Source of the DNA: Candidatus Bipolaricaulota bacterium
GTDB taxonomy: Bacteria; Bipolaricaulota; Bipolaricaulia; UBA7950; UBA9294
DNA: 21,819 nt
Reading direction: 5' to 3'
Assembly (NCBI GenBank): GCA_040752575.1
Contig: JBFMGK010000057.1
Location: 1 to 21,819, forward strand
Shown: positions 16,067 to 21,819 of the stretch, piece after piece
How the letters are laid out: the number at the start of each line of letters is the position of its first letter
Position numbering within the stretch: the stretch's first letter is position 1
The notes under the pieces: model-generated
The model's input: the letters and a program-made list of their open reading frames with translations, nothing else
What the model was told of the DNA's origin: nothing
The model's database searches: none
Program-made: the position numbers and the translations under genes

Positions 16067-17591
16067 GGCCCGTCACGTCGATCACGTCCCCCGCACTCGT
16101 CTCGGCGGCCATCCGATCCGCTCGCGCAAGTTCCCGGTTGACCAGTGCCTGCTGGGCAGCTTGCACGGCCGTCGTCAGAAGGTAGTACAGCCAGAGCCCC
16201 GCCGGGAAACGCCAAAGTAGGATGGCCATCAGCACCGGGAAGACATACCCGAAGTACTTGGCCGTCGGCCCGCCTTCGCTCGTCGACGGCGTCAGTTTCC
16301 ACTGCTGGAAGATCATGATCGCCGTCGTCACGACGACAAGGACGAAGTAGGGATCGTGCAAGCTCAGGTCGGGCATCCAGAGGAACCCGGGAGAGAGGTG
16401 AATGCTCTCTCCTGCGTACAGGATCGCGCGCCAGATCACGAAGATGATCGGCAGTTGGACGACCATCGGCAGGCAGCCGCCCATCGGGTTGATCCCCTCT
16501 TTGCGGTATAACTCCATGAGCCGCTGCTGCATCAGCTGTCGATCGTCCTTGAAGCGCTCCTGGATCTGCTTCATCTTCGGCTGCAGACGCTGCATCTTGG
16601 CCATCGAGTGAATCTGCTTGCGCATCAGCGGGTAGAGGAGGACGCGCGTCAGGATCGTGAACAGGATGATCGCCCAGCCGTAATTCCCAGTCGCCCGGTA
16701 CAGAAGGTCGAGAAACTGAATCACCGGGATCATCATCCGCGCGCCAAGCCCGGGCTGGTCAAGCGGCCCGAGCCCCGCGGCGTCCATGAGCAGGTATCGT
16801 CTTCGTCCCGCGTACAGCTCGCTCTCGAAGGTCACCGTAGCCCCGGAGTCCACGGAGAGCGTGAACCCGATGTGCTGCGACCCCACCTGGGTGCGCTCCA
16901 GATACGGGCCCGCGGATCCGCCCTTCGGCGAGACGAAGAACACCGTCTGGTCGCCGAGCAACCCGGCGCCGCCGAACGAGGCGTACGACCCTCGCGCCAG
17001 CGGCTGTGCTCCCGGCTCGTCGTCAAACAGAAACGCCGCTTCGGGCGCATTGTCCTTGGGGTAGAGGTCGGCCACAGTCCAAACCAGATCGAGGGGGGTA
17101 CTCGTCCCGTTGGTCACCGTGATCGATACCTGGAGCGTGTACATCGCCTCGGGGGAGATCACGTAGGTCTTACGGACCGACGTTCGCCCGATCGCCCCCT
17201 CAAAGGTGGCGCGGAACGTCCCATCGGCCGCGTCGACGCCGACGTCCGTCAACCGGTACAGGCCGTCCCCCTCGCTCCCCGAGGACACGCTGAACGGGAA
17301 CACGGCACCCTCAACGAATTGGCGGTCAAACGTCTTGACATCAGTCCGCGCGCCCGGCACCAGTTCGGCGACGGTCGAGCCATAGGGGGCAAACGACAAG
17401 AACACGGACTTCATCGAGCCGCGGTCCTCGGACAGGATGATCCGTGCAAGCGGCGTCATCACCTCGAGATCGACCCATCCCTCGCGCTGTAACGTCACGT
17501 AAGTGATGTCCCGCTGCGAAGCGCCCGCGGCAAGTGACAAGAGAACGATCCCAAGCACGAACCCAACGTACGCGATCCTGCGTTTGGCCAC
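16035..17591 (-). CDS. yidC: Membrane protein insertase YidC with a large extracytoplasmic domain
   Basis: GNYGWAIILFTILTRVLLYPL, MQRLQPKMKQIQERFK, INPMGGCLPMVVQLPI, FLWMPDLS..DPY, PAGLWLYY. GTG start at 17591 with GGAGG 5 nt upstream; the ORF-track start at 18110 overlaps ribE. Confidence 0.95.
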   Translation of the reverse strand: MAKRRIAYVGFVLGIVLLSLAAGASQRDITYVTLQREGWVDLEVMTPLARIILSEDRGSMKSVFLSFAPYGSTVAELVPGARTDVKTFDRQFVEGAVFPFSVSSGSEGDGLYRLTDVGVDAADGTFRATFEGAIGRTSVRKTYVISPEAMYTLQVSITVTNGTSTPLDLVWTVADLYPKDNAPEAAFLFDDEPGAQPLARGSYASFGGAGLLGDQTVFFVSPKGGSAGPYLERTQVGSQHIGFTLSVDSGATVTFESELYAGRRRYLLMDAAGLGPLDQPGLGARMMIPVIQFLDLLYRATGNYGWAIILFTILTRVLLYPLMRKQIHSMAKMQRLQPKMKQIQERFKDDRQLMQQRLMELYRKEGINPMGGCLPMVVQLPIIFVIWRAILYAGESIHLSPGFLWMPDLSLHDPYFVLVVVTTAIMIFQQWKLTPSTSEGGPTAKYFGYVFPVLMAILLWRFPAGLWLYYLLTTAVQAAQQALVNRELARADRMAAETSAGDVIDVTGHEDGRGQAGS

Positions 17592-17608
17592 AGTGACCTC
17601 CGCGGAAC

Positions 17609-17637
17609 AGAGTACCCAACCCCCGAGGAGCGTGCAA
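17609..17637 (-). promoter_or_regulatory. Putative sigma70-type promoter of yidC-jag-mnmE
   Basis: Minus strand TTGCAC (17637-17632), 17 nt spacer, TACTCT (17614-17609). Confidence 0.5.
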
Positions 17638-17642
17638 CTTCG

Positions 17643-17671
17643 TTGAACACGGCATTCGGATGCACTACACT
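17643..17671 (+). promoter_or_regulatory. Putative sigma70-type promoter of the rib-hisS operon
   Basis: TTGAAC (17643-17648), 17 nt spacer, TACACT (17666-17671), 11 nt before the ribE ATG. Confidence 0.6.
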
Positions 17672-17682
17672 CGCGGCCGCCG

Positions 17683-18273
17683 ATGTTCACGGGGATCGTG
17701 CAGGCGACCAGTTCTGTCATGCGAGTTTCGCCGGGCGCGCTCGAGGTGGCGATTCCTTCTGCGTTGCGCGGGGCGCTACGCGTGGGGGGCAGCATCGCAG
17801 TCGATGGCGTGTGCCTGACGGTGCGGCATCTCGGCGAGCGGTCGTTCGTCGCCGACGTCTCGTCCGAGACGGCCCGGCGGACGGCGCTGGCCCATCGGCC
17901 GGTCGGTACGGGAGTGAACCTCGAGCTTCCGGTGCCCGCCGGCGGTGGACTCGACGGCCATTGGGTTCTCGGCCACGTCGATGCCGTGGGACGCTTGCGT
18001 GCTCTGGTCCGAGAACGGTCGGGCTGGACGCTTGTCGTTTCGTTCCCGCCCCCGGATGGGCGATACGTGGTCGACAAGGGATCGGTCACGGTGGATGGAG
18101 TCAGCCTCACACCGTTCGGCGTGACGGCGGGGGAGTTCCGGTGCGCCGTGATTCCCGAGACCTACGAGAAGACAACGCTGCGCGAGCGGCGGCCGGGCGA
18201 TCCGGTGAACCTGGAGTACGACGTCTTGGCCAAGTACGTCGAGAGGATGATGCGCGATGTTTCTGCCGATTGA
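17683..18273 (+). CDS. ribE: Riboflavin synthase (alpha chain; called ribC in E. coli)
   Basis: N-terminal MFTGIV; internal repeat [11 protein letters not shown] / [16 protein letters not shown] twice; GH.VLGHVD. Confidence 0.96.
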   Translation: MFTGIVQATSSVMRVSPGALEVAIPSALRGALRVGGSIAVDGVCLTVRHLGERSFVADVSSETARRTALAHRPVGTGVNLELPVPAGGGLDGHWVLGHVDAVGRLRALVRERSGWTLVVSFPPPDGRYVVDKGSVTVDGVSLTPFGVTAGEFRCAVIPETYEKTTLRERRPGDPVNLEYDVLAKYVERMMRDVSAD

Positions 18274-19456
18274 GGAGGCGCTGGAGCGAACGCGGGCAGG
18301 CGAAATGCTGATTCTCGTCGACGACGAGCATCGCGAGAACGAAGGAGACCTCGTGATGGCCGCCGAGTACGTGACGCCGGAGGCCATCAATTTCATGGTA
18401 ACGCACGGACGCGGCCTGGTCTGCGCGCCGATCACCGAAGACCGGGCCCGGGAGTTGGGGCTGTCGCCGATGTGCGTTGACAACACCGCGCTTCACGGCA
18501 CGAACTTCACGGTCTCCGTCGACGCAAGAGACGGGATCTCGACGGGAATCTCTTCGTTCGACCGCGCCGAAACCGTCCGTCGTCTCGTGGATCCCGGGGC
18601 GCGTCCGGCGGACCTCGCGCGTCCGGGCCACGTGTTCCCCCTGATTGCCCGCGACGGCGGCGTGCTTCGCCGCGCGGGCCACACCGAGGCAACGGTGGAC
18701 CTCGCGCGCCTTGCCGGTCTTACCCCGGCCGGTGTGTTGTGCGAGATCCTGAACCCGGACGGAACGATGGCGCGCCTCGCGCAGCTTGAGTCCTTCGGCC
18801 GCGAGCACGGACTCCCTCTTGTGACGATCGCGGATCTCATCGCCCATCGAAAGCGAACCGAGCGCCTCGTGCAGCGCGTGGCGATGGCCGAGTTGCCGAC
18901 CGCGTTCGGCACCTTCCGCATCTACAGCTACGCGAGCCCGATCGACGACGAGGAGCACGTCGCCCTCGTCTGCGGCGACGTCGTGGGAAAGAAAGACGTG
19001 CTGGTGCGCGTTCACTCCGAGTGCCTGACTGGAGACGTCTTCGGATCGTACCGCTGCGACTGCGGAGCTCAGCTCCACCGCGCCCTCGAGCTGATCGGCC
19101 GCGAGGGGCTCGGGGTTGTCCTCTACATGAGGCAGGAAGGGCGAGGCATCGGCCTTCGCAACAAGGTGTGCGCCTATCAGCTCCAGGACCAAGGCCTGGA
19201 CACCGTCGAGGCCAACGAACGGCTCGGCTTCGACGCCGACTTGCGCGACTACGGGCTCGGCGCCCAGATCCTCTGCGACCTGGGACTCACGTCGATCCGT
19301 CTCTTGACGAACAACCCGAAGAAGGTCATCGGTCTGTCCGGGTACGGACTGACGATCTCAGAGCAAGTTCGTCTCGAGGTTCCGCCAAACGACTACAATC
19401 GTCACTACCTCCGCACGAAGAAGGAGAAGATGGGGCATCGCCTCGACAAGGTGTGA
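18257..19456 (+). CDS. ribBA: Bifunctional DHBP synthase / GTP cyclohydrolase II
   Basis: [53 protein letters not shown]. Confidence 0.97.
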   Translation: MFLPIEEALERTRAGEMLILVDDEHRENEGDLVMAAEYVTPEAINFMVTHGRGLVCAPITEDRARELGLSPMCVDNTALHGTNFTVSVDARDGISTGISSFDRAETVRRLVDPGARPADLARPGHVFPLIARDGGVLRRAGHTEATVDLARLAGLTPAGVLCEILNPDGTMARLAQLESFGREHGLPLVTIADLIAHRKRTERLVQRVAMAELPTAFGTFRIYSYASPIDDEEHVALVCGDVVGKKDVLVRVHSECLTGDVFGSYRCDCGAQLHRALELIGREGLGVVLYMRQEGRGIGLRNKVCAYQLQDQGLDTVEANERLGFDADLRDYGLGAQILCDLGLTSIRLLTNNPKKVIGLSGYGLTISEQVRLEVPPNDYNRHYLRTKKEKMGHRLDKV

Positions 19457-19484
19457 CGCGCGGGCAACAGCCTGGGAGGGCAAC

Positions 19485-19952
19485 ATGGGCAAGGTCTTCG
19501 AAGGGAAACTGGATGGCTCGGGGTTGCGCGTCGGCATCGTCGTCGGGCGCTTCAACGACCTCATCACGGGACGGCTTCTCGAGGGCGCCCTGGATCGGCT
19601 CCGCCGCTCGGGCGTGCCCGAGAAGTCGACCGATGTGTGTTGGGTTCCGGGAGCATTCGAGGTGCCGCGCGCCGTACGCGAGATGGCCGGGTCGGGGCGC
19701 TACGACGGCGTGATCGCGCTCGCTGCGGTGATCCGAGGCGCAACGCCGCACTTTGAGTATGTAGCCAGCGAGATCAGCAAAGGCGTCGCACGGTTGTCGC
19801 TCGAAGCCGACGTGCCGGTGACGTTCGGCGTGATCACCGCCGACACGATCGAACAGGCCGTCGAGCGCGCCGGGACGAAGTCGGGCAACAAGGGAGCCGA
19901 CGCCGCCGAGGGCCTCATCGAAATGGTCCACGTCCTGCGGCAACTGCGATGA
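19485..19952 (+). CDS. ribH: 6,7-dimethyl-8-ribityllumazine synthase
   Basis: [50 protein letters not shown]. Confidence 0.97.
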   Translation: MGKVFEGKLDGSGLRVGIVVGRFNDLITGRLLEGALDRLRRSGVPEKSTDVCWVPGAFEVPRAVREMAGSGRYDGVIALAAVIRGATPHFEYVASEISKGVARLSLEADVPVTFGVITADTIEQAVERAGTKSGNKGADAAEGLIEMVHVLRQLR

Positions 19953-21226
19953 CCCCGGATCCGGTCCGGGGAATGTACGACATCCTGCCCGACGAAGCGC
20001 TGTGGTGGGGGCTCGTCGAGAACGCCGTGCGCGAAACCGTTCGGCGCTACAACTACCGCGAGATCCGCGTTCCCCTCGTGGAGCCCACGGAGCTCTTCAC
20101 GCGGAGCGTCGGAGAATCCACGGACATCGTCTCCAAGGAGATGTACACGTTCGCGGACCGCGGCGGGCGAAGTCTGACGTTGCGCCCGGAGGGCACGGCG
20201 TCCGTGGCTCGCGCCTACCTTACTCACGGGTGGGCGGTCAGCGCTCCGTTTCAGAAGCTGTTCTACATGGGCCCGATGTTCCGCTATGAGAAGCCGCAGA
20301 AGGGACGCAATCGTCAGTTCTCCCAGTTCGGGATCGAGGTTCTGGGGGCGATGGACCCGAGCGTCGACATCGAGGTCATTGCGTGCGCCTGGTCGATGGT
20401 GGAGCTTCTCGGGCTGTCGGGTCTTCGGCTGCGCCTCAACTCGATCGGCTGCAGCGAGGATCGGGCCGCCTATCGCGAGGTTCTGCGGGCGTACTTCGCC
20501 CCGTCGATCGGCGCCATGTGCGACGACTGCCGCAGACGTCTCGTGGAGAACCCCCTGCGCATCCTCGACTGCAAAGACGAGCGCTGCCAGCCCTACCTCG
20601 CCGCGGCGCCGGGGAGTGCCGACCATCTGTGTCCTGAGTGCGCGACGCACTTTGCGGCGGTTTGCGCCGGCCTCGCCCGACTCGGATTGGCCCACGACGT
20701 CGATCCGCGGCTCGTTCGCGGCTTGGACTATTACACCAGGACAGTGTTCGAGCTCACGTCGAGCGATCTCGGAACGCAGGACACGCTGATCGGAGGCGGT
20801 CGCTACGACGGCCTGGTCGAACAGCTCGGCGGACCGCCGACTCCGGGCATGGGCTTCGCGGGAGGAATCGAACGCCTCGTGCTCGTGCTGCAGAGCCGAC
20901 GCCCCGAGGCCGTTTCTCCGCCTCGTCTGGACCTCTTCCTCGCAGCGCTGGGCGAAGAAGCCCATGCGGCCGCGTTGGAGGTCGCGACGGCCCTCCGCCG
21001 CCGCGGCCTTTCGGTCGACCTGGACCATCGCGCCCGCGGGCTCCGGAAGCAGCTGGCGCTCGCCAACGAACTCCGCGCGCGGCACGTCGTGGTCCTCGGC
21101 GACGAGGAACTCCGTAGCCGGCGGGGGCGGCTGAAGGACATGGACTCGGGTGACGAGCGCGACGTGGCCCTTGACGCCGACGGGCTCGCCGCCGCACTCC
21201 CGCGAAAGGAAGCCCCATGGAACTGA
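19949..21226 (+). CDS. hisS: Histidine--tRNA ligase
   Basis: [54 protein letters not shown]-terminal anticodon-binding domain. ATGA overlap with ribH. Confidence 0.97.
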   Translation: MTPDPVRGMYDILPDEALWWGLVENAVRETVRRYNYREIRVPLVEPTELFTRSVGESTDIVSKEMYTFADRGGRSLTLRPEGTASVARAYLTHGWAVSAPFQKLFYMGPMFRYEKPQKGRNRQFSQFGIEVLGAMDPSVDIEVIACAWSMVELLGLSGLRLRLNSIGCSEDRAAYREVLRAYFAPSIGAMCDDCRRRLVENPLRILDCKDERCQPYLAAAPGSADHLCPECATHFAAVCAGLARLGLAHDVDPRLVRGLDYYTRTVFELTSSDLGTQDTLIGGGRYDGLVEQLGGPPTPGMGFAGGIERLVLVLQSRRPEAVSPPRLDLFLAALGEEAHAAALEVATALRRRGLSVDLDHRARGLRKQLALANELRARHVVVLGDEELRSRRGRLKDMDSGDERDVALDADGLAAALPRKEAPWN

Positions 21227-21699
21227 GCCTTGTCGTCGTCGTGAACCCCGAAGGGAAGAACGTCATCCTCGGACAGAGCCACTTCGTGAAGACCGTCGAG
21301 GATCTCCACGAAGCGCTCGTGACCTCGGTCCCCGGGATCGAGTTCGGCCTTGCCTTCTGCGAGGCCTCCGGCGATTGCCTCGTTCGTCACAGCGGAACCC
21401 ATGACAGCCTCGAGGCGCTGGCGGTGCAGAACGCTCTGGCGATCGGCGCCGGCCACTCGTTCGTCGTGATCCTCGGCAACGCCTATCCGATCAACGTCCT
21501 CGACGCCCTGCGCCGCGTGCCCGAGGTCTGCACGGTCTTCTGTGCCACGGCGAATCCTCTCTCCGTCGTCGTCGCCGAGACGCCCGCCGGCCGGGGCATT
21601 CTCGGGGTCATCGACGGCGCGGCGCCGCGCGGCGTTGAGGACGAGCGCGGCGTCTCTTGGCGCCAGAACTTCCTTCGGAAGATCGGCTACAAAGTGTAG
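21217..21699 (+). CDS. Adenosine-specific kinase family protein (DUF355 / PAE2307-like)
   Basis: NVILGQSHFVKTVEDL, FGLAFCEASG, GAGHSF, YPINVL, FCATANP, RGILGVIDG and C-terminal IGYK match my recollection of this family. Confidence 0.85.
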   Translation: MELSLVVVVNPEGKNVILGQSHFVKTVEDLHEALVTSVPGIEFGLAFCEASGDCLVRHSGTHDSLEALAVQNALAIGAGHSFVVILGNAYPINVLDALRRVPEVCTVFCATANPLSVVVAETPAGRGILGVIDGAAPRGVEDERGVSWRQNFLRKIGYKV

Positions 21700-21709
21700 C
21701 GGAGGCTTC

Positions 21710-21819
21710 ATGGCGACGGGCGAGCGAGTGTTGTGGAAACGGCTGTTTCGACTCACTCGGTACCGGACCGCGTGGGTTCTTGCCGTCATCGGCATCCTGG
21801 CCGTCGCCGCGTTTTTCTA
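21710..21819 (+). CDS. 5' end of a probable membrane-anchored protein, function not assignable (partial)
   Basis: GGAGG at 21701-21705, then ATG 21710: MATGERVLWKRLFRLTRYRTAWVLAVIGILAVAAFF (basic region followed by a hydrophobic stretch), open to the window end. Confidence 0.65.
   Translation, partial: MATGERVLWKRLFRLTRYRTAWVLAVIGILAVAAFF

Noticed and set aside
17592..18110. 691-aa YidC with an N-terminal extension
   Set aside because: The extension is antisense to ribE; GTG 17591 has a good SD and a signal-like N-terminus.
1..21819. CRISPR array, IS element, prophage, tRNA/rRNA or a novel multi-gene system
   Set aside because: Nearly all of the sequence is accounted for by recognisable housekeeping genes. 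The largest gap is about 250 bp and shows no spaced repeats or RNA-gene signatures.

Overview
High-GC bacterial chromosomal region made entirely of housekeeping genes: 19 complete and 2 partial CDS. I see no mobile element, CRISPR array, RNA gene or defence island. Gene blocks: (-) glmU-prs-rplY-pth-clpC-radA; (+) trpS; (-) nrdD-nrdG (class III anaerobic ribonucleotide reductase); (+) rpsT-secF-recJ; (-) yidC-jag/khpB-mnmE; (+) ribE-ribBA-ribH-hisS-adenosine-specific kinase family gene, then the start of a membrane-anchored protein. Three short divergent intergenic regions each hold back-to-back sigma70-like promoters. I find no convincing new multi-gene system. The points of interest are in the details: a GlmU with an eroded uridyltransferase domain but intact acetyltransferase domain; probable CTG (nrdG) and ATT (rpsT) start codons; an NrdD with the motif set of the thioredoxin-type enzymes; secF without an adjacent secD; a KhpB lacking both the Jag domain and the KH GxxG loop; a hairpin around the clpC ribosome-binding site; and frequent use of TAG stops. 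All calls come from motif recognition by eye; no database searches were run.
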